The notes below the pieces were generated by a model. It was not told the DNA's origin and searched no databases. It saw only the letters and a program-made list of their open reading frames with translations. Positions 30,660-40,199 of a stretch of DNA of 64,000 nucleotides are shown piece after piece. Within the stretch, counting starts at the first letter, position 1; every line of letters begins with the position of its first letter. The DNA lies in the NCBI GenBank assembly GCA_963663885.1, contig OY760647.1, positions 3,617,256 through 3,681,255 on the forward strand. The letters run 5' to 3'. Made by a program: the position numbers and the translations under genes. This DNA comes from Caldilineaceae bacterium (GTDB taxonomy: Bacteria; Chloroflexota; Anaerolineae; Caldilineales; Caldilineaceae).

Positions 30660-31265
30660 ATGAATGAATGGTTTGACGCTCTTTCGACCTTGGAGCAGAC
30701 ACTGTTCGCCATCGCCCTGTTTTCCACTCTGGTGTTCGCGATCCAGGTGGTGTTCAGTCTGTTTGGAATTGGAGAAGGGGACGAGACGACCCTGGGCGGA
30801 GACGGTTTGCCGTTTGGCGATATCTTCACGATCCGCAACGGCGCAGCCTTCCTCATGGGCTTTTCCTGGGGCGGGCTGATGGCCTATGACTGGGGGCTGA
30901 CGCATCCCTTCCTGGCCACGTTGGTAGGCCTTGTGCTGGGTTGCATTTTCGTGGCTGTCAACATGGGTCTCTTTGCCTTGGTGTCCATGGTCAAGCACGA
31001 AGGCAATGTGCGTCTGCAGAACGCGGTTGGCGAACCAGGCACTGTTTCGCTGGCAGTGCCGGCAAGCCGAACCGGCGTCGGCAAGGTGAGCATTTCGGTA
31101 CAGGGACGGCTTCTGGAATGCCATGCCGTCACCGAAGGCGAGGCCATTCCCCGCAACACCTCCGTCACCGTGCTCGGTCTCGCCGGCAGTCAACTCGTCG
31201 TTGCGCGGATGGGCGGCGACGCGCTCCCTGCATCATCCCCAAACGGTCCGCAGGCATCCCGGTAA
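30660..31265 (+). CDS. NfeD/YuaF-like membrane protein (flotillin partner)
   Basis: two N-terminal TM helices + C-terminal beta-rich segment GKVSISVQGRLLECHAVTEGEAIPRNTSVTVLGLAGSQLVVARM (OB-fold-like); directly upstream of flotillin. Confidence 0.6.
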   Translation: MNEWFDALSTLEQTLFAIALFSTLVFAIQVVFSLFGIGEGDETTLGGDGLPFGDIFTIRNGAAFLMGFSWGGLMAYDWGLTHPFLATLVGLVLGCIFVAVNMGLFALVSMVKHEGNVRLQNAVGEPGTVSLAVPASRTGVGKVSISVQGRLLECHAVTEGEAIPRNTSVTVLGLAGSQLVVARMGGDALPASSPNGPQASR

Positions 31266-31297
31266 GTCAACACGCAGCCACCGAAGGAGAAGTTTTC

Positions 31298-32704
31298 ATG
31301 TCTTTCAACCTCACAGTCACCCTCGTCGCCCTGTTGGCGGTCCTGGTCATGGCTGCGGTCATTGCCGTGGTGCGACGCATTCGCACCTGCCCTTCAGACA
31401 AAGTTCTCGTCAAGTATGGTCAGGTTGGCGGGGACAAGTCAGCCAAGGCAGTCCACGGCGGTACCACTTTCGTATGGCCCATCGTTCAGGGTTTTCGCTA
31501 TCTGGATCTCACCCCCATGACCGTGGACATCGACTTGCGCGGTGCCCTTTCCAAGCAGAACATCCGTGTCAACGTACCCTCCCGCTTTACCTTCGGTATC
31601 GGCACCTTGCCGGAACTGATGAACAACGCGGCCGAAAGGCTGCTTTCACTCGACGCCCATCAGGTGGAAGACACGGCCAAGGACATCATCTACGGCCAGT
31701 TGCGCGCCACGATTGCGATGATGGACATTGAGGAAATCAACGGCGACCGGGAGAAATTCGAGTCCCGGGTGCTGGACAACATCGAATCCGAGTTGATGAA
31801 GATTGGCCTGCGCCTCATCAACGTCAACATTTCCGACATCACCGATGAATCCGGCTATATCGAGGCCTTGGGCCAACGGGCCGCGGCGGAAGCGGTGAAT
31901 ACGGCGAAGGTGGAGGTCGCGCAGCAGGAGCGGACAGGCGCAGTGGGTTCCGCCGAAGCCGAGCAGGAACAGCGTACCCGAGTTGCCGACGCCAATGCCA
32001 AGGCCGTTACCGGCGAGAATCAGGCCAAGGCCGTGGAGGCTGCCTCCCAAGCCGATCTGCGGGAAGCCCAGGCCGAAGCCGGCAGACGAGGTGACGCAGC
32101 GGAGGCCGTGAAGGCGGCCGCAGCGGAGCAGGAAGGCTACGTTGCCGAACAGCAGGCCGAGATCGCGCGTGCCGAGCGCGACCGGGCGCGGGAGTATGCC
32201 AACATTGTGGTGCCCGCCGAGATTGAACGGGATCGAGTGCGTACCGAAGCCGAGGGCGAGAAGCAGAAGCAAGTGCTCGCGGGCGAAGCGGAAGGCGAGG
32301 CGTTGCAGGCCAAGCTGGCCGGTGAAGCGCAAGGCCGCATGGAAATCCTCACCAAGATGGCGGATGGTCTCCGGGAAATCGTGGCTTCGGCAGGCAATGA
32401 TCCGGACAAGGCCGCGCGGCTGATGATTGTTGACAAGCTTGAAGCCATCGCCCAGGTTCAGGCTAGCGCCATCAGCAATATTGACTTTGAGAAGGTGGTG
32501 GTCTACGACAGCGGCAATGGCAACGCCGTGGGCAATTTCCTCGGTGGACTCACCCAGGCCCTGCCTCCCTTCCACGAAGTGGCCAAGATGGCCGGTATCG
32601 AACTGCCGGAGTATCTGGGCGAGATGACCAAGGATGAAGGGCCGGCGGGCCACCGGACAATAGCGGACGACGACCACGATGAGTCATCCGACGAAGCAGC
32701 ATAG
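31298..32704 (+). CDS. flotillin-like SPFH/band-7 protein (FloT/YqiK-like)
   Basis: N-terminal TM, SPFH domain, long Ala/Glu-rich coiled coil (AEAEQEQRTRVADANAKA...), GAAGGAGAAG RBS. Confidence 0.8.
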   Translation: MSFNLTVTLVALLAVLVMAAVIAVVRRIRTCPSDKVLVKYGQVGGDKSAKAVHGGTTFVWPIVQGFRYLDLTPMTVDIDLRGALSKQNIRVNVPSRFTFGIGTLPELMNNAAERLLSLDAHQVEDTAKDIIYGQLRATIAMMDIEEINGDREKFESRVLDNIESELMKIGLRLINVNISDITDESGYIEALGQRAAAEAVNTAKVEVAQQERTGAVGSAEAEQEQRTRVADANAKAVTGENQAKAVEAASQADLREAQAEAGRRGDAAEAVKAAAAEQEGYVAEQQAEIARAERDRAREYANIVVPAEIERDRVRTEAEGEKQKQVLAGEAEGEALQAKLAGEAQGRMEILTKMADGLREIVASAGNDPDKAARLMIVDKLEAIAQVQASAISNIDFEKVVVYDSGNGNAVGNFLGGLTQALPPFHEVAKMAGIELPEYLGEMTKDEGPAGHRTIADDDHDESSDEAA

Positions 32705-32927
32705 GGTGGCAGGCATCTTGCTGCGGTGCAATTTCGCCCCTGACCATCCATCGCGAGAGTTCGTCCGGTGTTTGCATCAGGATGTCCGGTTCCGGCCCTG
32801 CCTGTGCGAGATCTCCATCGGAGCTCGTCTATAGGTGAAAGAGTCGGTGCCGGGATACAGGACGAGATATGGCTCTCCGGTTTCATCCTGTGCAAACCCT
32901 GGTTCGCATTCCCCTCGCATCGAACCT

Positions 32928-33824
32928 TCAAACCGTCGACAACCTCTCTTGTCCGGCATAGACGTTGAATCGGTTATCGCGCAGGAACCCAATCAGCGTC
33001 ATCCCGAAGCGTCCGGCTACGTCTACTGCCAAGTGGCTGGGAGCCGAGATGGCGCACACCGTTGGGATTCCGGCCGCCAGGGCCTTCTGCATGATTTCAA
33101 AACTGGCCCGGCCACTGACCAGCAACACCCGGTTTTCGGGTGCCGGCAGGCGAGCCTTCAGCATCCATCCGGCAATTTTGTCGACGGCGTTGTGCCGGCC
33201 GACATCCTCCCGTACGGCCAGGAGTGTTCCCTCCGCGTCGAACAGCCCGGCCGCATGCAGGCCTCCGGTCTTCTGAAACAAGCCCTGGGCTTCCGCAAGG
33301 ATCCCGGGCAATTGCTTGACAACGGTCGGATCCAGGTTGGGTTGCAGCATCGGAAATGCCTCGCAACCCTGGATTTCCAAGGCATCCAATGAAGCCTTGC
33401 CGCACACCCCGCAGGCACTGGTGGTGAAGAAACTGCGTTCCAAACGGTCCAGTTCCGGCAGTTGCCGACCTACAAGGTTGACGCTGACGATGTTGTACCG
33501 CTGATCCTCCTCCACGTCTCGGTCCAGGCAGTAGGAAACATGGCTCACTTCGTTGAGGCCGGACAGGACCCCTTCCCCGTGCAGAAAGCCCAGTGCCAGT
33601 TCGAAGTCGTTGCCCGGCGTGCGCATGGTAACGGCAACGGTTCGCTGTTCCTCCCGCGCCAGAAGTCGGATTTCCATCGGCTCCTCGGCCACCAGCGAGT
33701 CCTGCTTCCACCGGACGGCCGTTCCCTTGTGGGCCTGCACCCGGGCCTTGACGCGGGATCCGACCCTGTTTGTGGACGACACGGCCTCAACCCTCGAGTC
33801 CGTCGGCCACAGCCATCTTGTCAA
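32928..33824 (-). CDS. fdhD: formate dehydrogenase accessory sulfurtransferase FdhD
   Basis: FFTTSACGVCGKASL and GRHNAVDK signature regions; TTG start overlaps fdhA stop by 38 nt (start uncertain). Confidence 0.8.
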   Translation of the reverse strand: MTRWLWPTDSRVEAVSSTNRVGSRVKARVQAHKGTAVRWKQDSLVAEEPMEIRLLAREEQRTVAVTMRTPGNDFELALGFLHGEGVLSGLNEVSHVSYCLDRDVEEDQRYNIVSVNLVGRQLPELDRLERSFFTTSACGVCGKASLDALEIQGCEAFPMLQPNLDPTVVKQLPGILAEAQGLFQKTGGLHAAGLFDAEGTLLAVREDVGRHNAVDKIAGWMLKARLPAPENRVLLVSGRASFEIMQKALAAGIPTVCAISAPSHLAVDVAGRFGMTLIGFLRDNRFNVYAGQERLSTV

Positions 33825-35853
33825 TCCTCACCGTGCACACCTTCAGTTCGGCCGTGTGCGTGACGGGGTCGTAGCCGGAGCCGGTCAGGGCGTTGATGGG
33901 CGTATCGCTGAAACTGAAACTGGAGAAGACCGTGCCCATGGGCGACCGCTTGGAACCTGCCACCTTGATGGCAATGCGGCCCCGACGGCTGGACAGCCAG
34001 ACGGTTTCGCCGTCCTGCAGGTCCCAGGCCTCAAGATCCCTTGGGTTGACCTCCAGTGCTTCCTCCGAGGCCAGGTAGTCCATGCCACCGGCGCGCCCGG
34101 TCTGGGTATTCGTGTGGTATGTGGCCAGCCGCCGCCCCGTGGTCAGCCAGATGGGGTAGGTTTCGTCGACGGTTTCCGCCGGATCCCGATACTCGATCAG
34201 GCTGAACTTCCCGCGGCCGATGGGGAAGGAGTCCTCATGCAGCCGGGGCGTGCCCGGATGTCCGCGGTAGGGGACGGGCCAGTGGTAGCGGCCGGTGGCC
34301 GCAAGGTTCCAGTCGACGCCGGCGTACGTCGGTGAAAGGCTGCACATCTCGTTGAAGACTTCCCGCGGATGGTTGAAGTCGAAGTTCCGCAGGCCCATGT
34401 GCTGCGCGATACGGCTGATGATCCACCAGTCCGGCCGGGCCTCGCCGGCGGGCGTGACGGCCTGGCGCACCCGTTGGATGCGTCGTTCCGTATTGGTGAA
34501 GGTGCCGTCGGTTTCGGCCCATGCCGTGGCGGGGAACACCACGTCCGCCATCTCCGCGGTCTCCGAGAGGAAGATGTCGATGACGACCAGGTGTTCGAGG
34601 GCTTCGATGGCTGCGCGCGTATGGCGCTGGTTCGGGTCCGACACCACCGAGTTCTCTCCGTCGATCAACATGGCGAAGATGTCCCGGCCCGCCTCTTCCA
34701 TGGCGGTGACTTTGGTGATGCCCTTGGAGGCATCCATCTCGCGGCCGTAGGCCTTGCTGAACTTCCGCTGATAGTCGGGATCGGTGACTGCCTGGAACCC
34801 CGGATACTGATCGGGGATGGCGCCGCTGTCCCCCGCGCCCTGGATGTTGTTCTGGCCGCGCATGGGGTTCAGGCCCGTGCCGGGACGGCCGATTTGACCC
34901 GTCAGCAACGCCAGGTTGCAAAGGCACTGGACGTTGTCCACGCCGCAAATGTGCTCGGTGATGCCGAGCGTGTAGTAGATGGCGCCCTGGTCGGCCTCCG
35001 CGTACCAGCGCGCCGCCTTTTCGATGTCCGCGGCCGGGACTTCGCAAATTGATTCCGCCCAGTCCGGCGTGAATTCGGCGATGTGTTCCAGGTAGGGCTC
35101 GAGGTGCTGGGTGCGCGCGGCCACGAAGCGGTCGTTCATCAATCCGTCGCGCACGATCACGTGGGCCATGCCCTGGAGGAGAGCCACGTCGGTGCCGACC
35201 CGCAGGGGCAGGTAGAGGTCGGCCAGCGTCGCCAGGTGGATGCGCCGCGGGTCCGCGACGATCAGCTTGGAACCGCGGGCGAGTGCCTTCTTGAGACGGG
35301 TGGCCGCGACCGGATGGGCCTCCGTCATATTGGTGCCGATGCAGAACGCCACATCGGGGAGCTCCATGTCCGACAAGGGGTTGGACATGGCGCCCCTTCC
35401 CAAGGTTGCCGCCAGACCGGCGACTGTGGGGGAGTGTCAGGCCCGACTGCAGTTGTCGATGAAGTGGGTGCCGAACCCCGCGCGCATGAAGCGCTGCATC
35501 ATGTAGTCGGCCTCGGTGGGTGTACGGCCGGAGGCGATGCCGTAGACCGCGTGGCGGCCGTGCCGTTCCGCGGATTGCATGAACCCCGCCGCCGCCTTCC
35601 GCAGGGCCTGCTTCCAGGTGGCGCGTTCCAGCACGCCTTCGGCATTCCGGACCATCGGATGCCGAAGGCGGTCCGGATGATGGACGTAGTCGTAGGCGAA
35701 CTGCCCCTTGACGCACAGGGCGCCCTCGTTGGCAGGCCCGTCCAAGGCCGGCTGGATGCCGATGATGCGGTTGTCCCTGGTCAACACGTCCACGGTGCAG
35801 CCGACACCGCAATACCCGCAGATGGTCCGCGTCTTTTCGAAAGCCGTCGTCAT
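33787..35853 (-). CDS. fdhA: formate dehydrogenase molybdopterin catalytic subunit, selenocysteine-containing (in-frame UGA at 35437-35439)
   Basis: TICGYCGVGCTVD (4Fe-4S), ...FIDNCSRA-U-HSPTVAGL Sec motif of FdhF/FdnG, Mo-bisPGD domains; track splits it into 35437..36096 and 33787..35403 which are the same frame. Confidence 0.8.
35400..35436 (-). promoter_or_regulatory. candidate bacterial SECIS element
   Basis: mRNA: UGA CAC UCC CCC ACA GUC GCC GGU CUG GCG GCA ACC; GGUCUG at +19 after UGA as in E. coli fdhF; GCCG/CGGC stem. Confidence 0.5.
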
Positions 35854-36569
35854 GTCCGTCTTTCCTTTCTGGTGGGCAATGGTGGAGGTTCCTCGGTTTG
35901 GGCAAATCTCATCGCCTTCCGGTCCGCCAGCGCGCCGGTCGGGCAGGTCTGTACGCACTGGCCGCAGAAGGTGCAACTGGAATCGCGCAGATGCCCGTCG
36001 AACTCCACCGATATGTTTGTGCCGAAGCCGCGCCCGGCCACGGTGATGGCATAGTCCCCCTCCTGTTCGGCGCAAACCCTGACGCATCGGTAGCAAGAGA
36101 TGCAGAGATCATAGTCCCTCAGGATAAAGGGGTTGGCGTCGTCGGGACGCGAGCTGCCCGAGGTGGCACCCTTGAATCGGTCCAGATCCGGATTCAGATC
36201 GGCTACGGCCTCCTGCAGCTCCTGCGAGGCCAGACCCCGCAAGGGGTCCACGGCCAGGCGCTCGCTGCCGTTCTCAGACACCACCATGGCAAGCAGGGTT
36301 CGCCGCAGGTCGTCGAGTTCAGGCGTGCGGGTCTCGATCTCCATGCCGGGCTGGGCCTGGGTGGTGCAGGAAGCCGGAAAGCCGTTGACGCCCTTGACGG
36401 CGACGGCACACAAGCGGCAGCCGCCGAAAGCCTCCAGGCGATCGTCGTAGCACAGGGACGGGATGTCGATGCCGTGCCGCCTGGCGGCCGCCAGCACCGA
36501 CTCGCCCTCGTGGAACTCAACCTGACGGCCGTCCAACATAAACGTGCCGGCCGCGGGGGGTGAGGTCAT
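35850..36569 (-). CDS. formate dehydrogenase Fe-S subunit (NuoG-N-terminal-like: 2Fe-2S + 4Fe-4S clusters), separate ORF
   Basis: CYDDRLEAFGGCRLC...C (2Fe-2S), CISCYRCVRVC and CTFCGQCVQTCP (4Fe-4S); ATGA overlaps at both ends (36566-36569 and 35850-35853). Confidence 0.7.
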   Translation of the reverse strand: MTSPPAAGTFMLDGRQVEFHEGESVLAAARRHGIDIPSLCYDDRLEAFGGCRLCAVAVKGVNGFPASCTTQAQPGMEIETRTPELDDLRRTLLAMVVSENGSERLAVDPLRGLASQELQEAVADLNPDLDRFKGATSGSSRPDDANPFILRDYDLCISCYRCVRVCAEQEGDYAITVAGRGFGTNISVEFDGHLRDSSCTFCGQCVQTCPTGALADRKAMRFAQTEEPPPLPTRKERRT

Positions 36570-38224
36570 TTGGGGGCCTCGAACCTTTGTTCCAGTTGGT
36601 CGGGAAAGTTTCGCACGAGGGAATCGCTGACAAACGACGCAGCCACACCCAGGCCGCAGGCACTCAGGTTTCGCATCACGCGACCCAGGTCGTTGACTTC
36701 GTCCAGCCATTCGTCGCGGTCGGTGTCGGGGCCGACGGCATCCAGCCGTTCGCGTAGGCGTCGGGAGCCGATGCGGCAGGGGAAACACTTGCCGCAGGAC
36801 TCTTCGGCAAAGAACTCGATCGCGACTCGGGTCTCGTCCACCATGTCGCGCGTGTCGTCGTACACGATGATGCCGGCAGCCCCCAGCATCGAATTGCGGC
36901 TCCGCAGCGAAGGTTCGTCCAACGTGACATCGAAGTCGTTTGCCGACAGGAAACCGCCGGACAGCCCCGCCATGCTCGCCGCTTGGAAATTGCTTCCGGA
37001 AGGTGGGCCTCCAGCCCAATCGTAGAGGAGTTCGGACAGGGGAAAGCCGAAGGGCACCTCGTAGTTGCCAGGCCGCTGAACATCGCCCGAGACGCTGATC
37101 ACCTTGGTGCCGACAAGGTCGCCACGCCCCAGGTCCCGGTACCATTCGGCCCCATGGCGCAGGATGTGAGGCACCGCTGCCAGGGTTTCGACGTTGTTAA
37201 CGACGGTGGGCTTCTGCAAATAGCCGTGCGTCACCGGGAACGGGGGACGGTTGCGGGGAAACGGATGCTTCCCTTCCAGGCTGTTCAGCAGGGAGCCTTC
37301 CTCTCCGCAGACATACGCGCCGGCACCCCGGCGGATGTGGATGTCGAAGTCCGAACCGAGCTTGTTCGCCGGGCCCAGCAGACCGACCGTGCGGCAGGCC
37401 GTCAACGCTTCTTCCAGTTGGGTTAGGAGTTCCGGGTACTCGTAACGCAGGTAGATGAATCCCAACTCGGCACCCGAGGCGAAGGCGGCCAGGATCATGC
37501 CCTCCAATACCGCGTAGGGGTCGTATTCGAGGATGGCCCGGTCCTTGAAGCATCCTGGTTCGCCTTCGTCGGCATTGCAGACGATGGTTTTGGGAGTACC
37601 CGGTGCTTCCTGCACAGAGCGCCACTTCCGGCCCGTGGGGAAGCCGGCGCCACCCCGGCCGGCCAGGCCGCTGTCGTCCAGGGTCTGCAGCACTCGGTCG
37701 GGTCCGGAATCCAAGGCCGCGTCCAGGGCCTGGAAGCCGTCACGGGCGGTGTAGCCCTCGTAGGTTGCCTGATGTGGCTGTCGGATGTGTTCAAAGATGC
37801 ATTCCGACAATCCGCCCGGATTGGGCACCGGCAAGGGTCCCTTGGCCGCCGCTTCCAAGGCGCTGTCTGTCAATCGATGGGTGGAATCCCCCTGGAGGAT
37901 CGGAACCGGAACGTCGCATCGGCCTGCACAGGCCATGGATTGGGCTTGGGGGCAGTCGGCCAACCACTGCTCGCTACCCCGCAGGCGGCATACCGGACCG
38001 GTGCAGACCCGGGGATTGGATCGGTTGCCATTGCCCAGGTTCAGATGGTGGTAGAAGGTGGCGGTTCCGTAGACATCCGCCAACGGCATGCGCAGGCCGG
38101 AGGCAATGGCCCGCATGGCATCGGGAGTCAGGCGTTCGTCGCGGCGATGGAACTGATCAAGCAGCCACAGAAACGGGGCTGGCTGCTGTCCGGCCATTTC
38201 AATCAGTTGACTGTTGCTGTACAT
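36566..38224 (-). CDS. NAD-reducing diaphorase subunit, fused NuoE-like (FdsG) + NuoF-like (FdsB)
   Basis: N-terminal thioredoxin-like 2Fe-2S region (CTGPVC...CAGRC), then GLAGRGGAGFPTGRKW (FMN/NAD site) and ESCGKCFPCR (4Fe-4S). Confidence 0.8.
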   Translation of the reverse strand: MYSNSQLIEMAGQQPAPFLWLLDQFHRRDERLTPDAMRAIASGLRMPLADVYGTATFYHHLNLGNGNRSNPRVCTGPVCRLRGSEQWLADCPQAQSMACAGRCDVPVPILQGDSTHRLTDSALEAAAKGPLPVPNPGGLSECIFEHIRQPHQATYEGYTARDGFQALDAALDSGPDRVLQTLDDSGLAGRGGAGFPTGRKWRSVQEAPGTPKTIVCNADEGEPGCFKDRAILEYDPYAVLEGMILAAFASGAELGFIYLRYEYPELLTQLEEALTACRTVGLLGPANKLGSDFDIHIRRGAGAYVCGEEGSLLNSLEGKHPFPRNRPPFPVTHGYLQKPTVVNNVETLAAVPHILRHGAEWYRDLGRGDLVGTKVISVSGDVQRPGNYEVPFGFPLSELLYDWAGGPPSGSNFQAASMAGLSGGFLSANDFDVTLDEPSLRSRNSMLGAAGIIVYDDTRDMVDETRVAIEFFAEESCGKCFPCRIGSRRLRERLDAVGPDTDRDEWLDEVNDLGRVMRNLSACGLGVAASFVSDSLVRNFPDQLEQRFEAPK

Positions 38225-39071
38225 GTTGATTGTGGGCCGCGTTGGACCTTGATACAGCCTAGGGGTTGGGAACTGGATCCGTGAATGCCAGTGTACCTGT
38301 TGCGATCCTGATGAAGTCAGAAGTTACACGGCCAGAGTTCAAGTACTGGGTTGCAGCAGGTCCCATACGTTTGAACCGGGTCTGCCGGGTCGGTCCGCGT
38401 TTACCCATGCTTGTCATGCGTTCGCCAGTCTGACCTGTAGTGCGGATCCCGACAAGGGCGCTGAAGAGGCTGTCCCTTCACCGCAACGCTGGCGTACCGG
38501 CCAATAGACGTGGGATGCATTGACTTGCCGCCAGCGGCGGAAGAGCTTTTCCTTTCCCTGACTCTGTGGTGCGTAGACCTTCCTGAAGCATTCCCGCCGT
38601 TTCGCGATGGCGTTCATGGTCAGGCTCATCTCCCAAGGGCGGGACGCTTCTTTGCTCCCCGGTCACTGAACTTGCGGGAATATGGTCAACGGGTGACCCT
38701 TTGGCCAAGAAAGATGCCGCGTGAGGCTCTGCAGACTACGTTGCGCGAGCAACGTCCTGTAAAGACCATTGCCGTGGAACCCATGCACGCTCTTGATGAT
38801 CGACACCATCCTGACAGAGTTGTACCTGAGCATGGATTTGAAGGCGGCGGCCTGCTCGCGCTTGAAGATGAGGTAGGAAATCTTCCAGACGAAGACAGGC
38901 TGAAACGGGCTCTGGCCGGCCGTTCTTCGATCATGCCCTTGAACCGGGCCTGTCTGCCACTTGACCGCTCTCGGCAACCTGCACGTGTCTTGCCACTGGA
39001 GCCGTTGGCACTCGCGTAGTCCCTAAGCGCCGCGAGCTGGGCGGAAACAGGCAGATCCAAATCCGCCGTTG

Positions 39072-39371
39072 TCAGGCAGGTGCCTCGACAAGCGGTTCGA
39101 TGGTGCTGACATCGGTCTTGCCGCGGGCCACGTCCAGGTCGTACATCCGCTGAAGGTTCAGCCAGTAGTCGGGAGTCATCCTCAAGGCCTTCCCGATTCG
39201 CAGGGCCGTGTCGGCCGTTATGGACCTCCGGCAATGAACAATTTCGTGGATGCGGATCTGGGGTACGCCCACCGTCTTCGCCAAGCGGTACTGGGTAATG
39301 CCCAATTCCTCCATGATTTCCACCAGATGCTCTCCTGGATGGATTGGTTTGGGACAAGTCATAAGCTTCAT
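39072..39371 (-). CDS. higA: HigA antitoxin (XRE-family HTH)
   Basis: IHPGEHLVEIMEELGITQYRLAKTVGVPQIRIHEIVHCRRSITADTALRIGKAL. Confidence 0.8.
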   Translation of the reverse strand: MKLMTCPKPIHPGEHLVEIMEELGITQYRLAKTVGVPQIRIHEIVHCRRSITADTALRIGKALRMTPDYWLNLQRMYDLDVARGKTDVSTIEPLVEAPA

Positions 39372-39377
39372 CCTCCG

Positions 39378-39656
39378 TCAGTGGTAGTCGGTGACTTCGA
39401 TCTCCATTGCACCCCGATCTGTCCAGACAAAGCACACGCGCCATTGGTCGTTGATTCGGATGCTGTACTGGCCTTGGCGGTCTCCGCGCAGGGCTTCCAG
39501 CCGGTGAGAAGGTGGTATCCGAAGGTCTGAGAGCGCGGTTGCCGCCACCACACGCTGTAACCTCACCCGCGCCCGACGCTGGATGTCGGGTGGCAAACGT
39601 CGTACCGTTTGCCCATCAAAGAGCTTTTGGGCATGGTCGTTCCTAAATTGGTTCAC
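39378..39656 (-). CDS. higB: HigB toxin (RelE/ParE superfamily plasmid-maintenance killer)
   Basis: ...LSDLRIPPSHRLEALRGDRQGQYSIRINDQWRVCFVWTDRGAMEIEVTDYH; GTG start. Confidence 0.8.
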   Translation of the reverse strand: MNQFRNDHAQKLFDGQTVRRLPPDIQRRARVRLQRVVAATALSDLRIPPSHRLEALRGDRQGQYSIRINDQWRVCFVWTDRGAMEIEVTDYH

Positions 39657-39660
39657 GGCT

Positions 39661-39693
39661 GACGATAGTAACGATTTTCGTTACTATCGTCAA
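39661..39693 (-). promoter_or_regulatory. sigma70-like promoter (TTGACG-17-TACTAT) with embedded perfect 14-bp-arm palindrome; predicts leaderless higBA-1 transcript
   Basis: minus strand: ccTTGACGatagtaacgaaaatcgtTACTATcgtcagccGTG; palindrome gacgatagtaacga-ttt-tcgttactatcgtc at 39661-39691. Confidence 0.45.
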
Positions 39694-40199
39694 GGATGTC
39701 TAATGCTGGGCCTAGGGCAATCGCATGCAGTCTCGACAGGTCTTCGAACGGGCATTTCCAGTGCCAGCCAGCCTGTTCAAGCGGAGCGGTGATTCCCCAA
39801 GGGGTGTGTTGTCCCAGTGCAGTGACGAGTCTCAGCCTTCCGGCCCTCCAATTCTACCCATGGGTAGCGCAACACAATTTCGGCAGGAATCCGATCCTTC
39901 GCCATCCCCCTCTGTAGGTGTTTTGAGGACGGAATGCAACAGGGGACAGCCGGACCGCCTTGATCCCACTCGCTGCAGGCGATGCAGAAGTTCTTGTAGT
40001 CCGATCGATGGATGCCTGTCGGCAGATCCCACGGCAACTGCGACAGGCAAGCTGCACGACCCACCACGCGCCGCGCGGCTGTCGTCCAGAGTGGGTTGAG
40101 CAGCAAGCAGCAGGAGCACGGATTCATCCGCGCTCCCGATGCTCAGATTGCAGGTTAAGAACGTACTGGTGGTCGACCAGAGGGGTGTTTGTCGATCCT

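Noticed and set aside
34235-35905. 556-aa minus-strand ORF
   Set aside because: Alternative frame inside the formate dehydrogenase catalytic gene. Arg/Pro/Gly-rich. The true frame carries the Fe-S and Mo-bisPGD motifs.
38686-39444. 252-aa minus-strand ORF
   Set aside because: Runs across higA and the low-GC spacer in another frame. No motifs.
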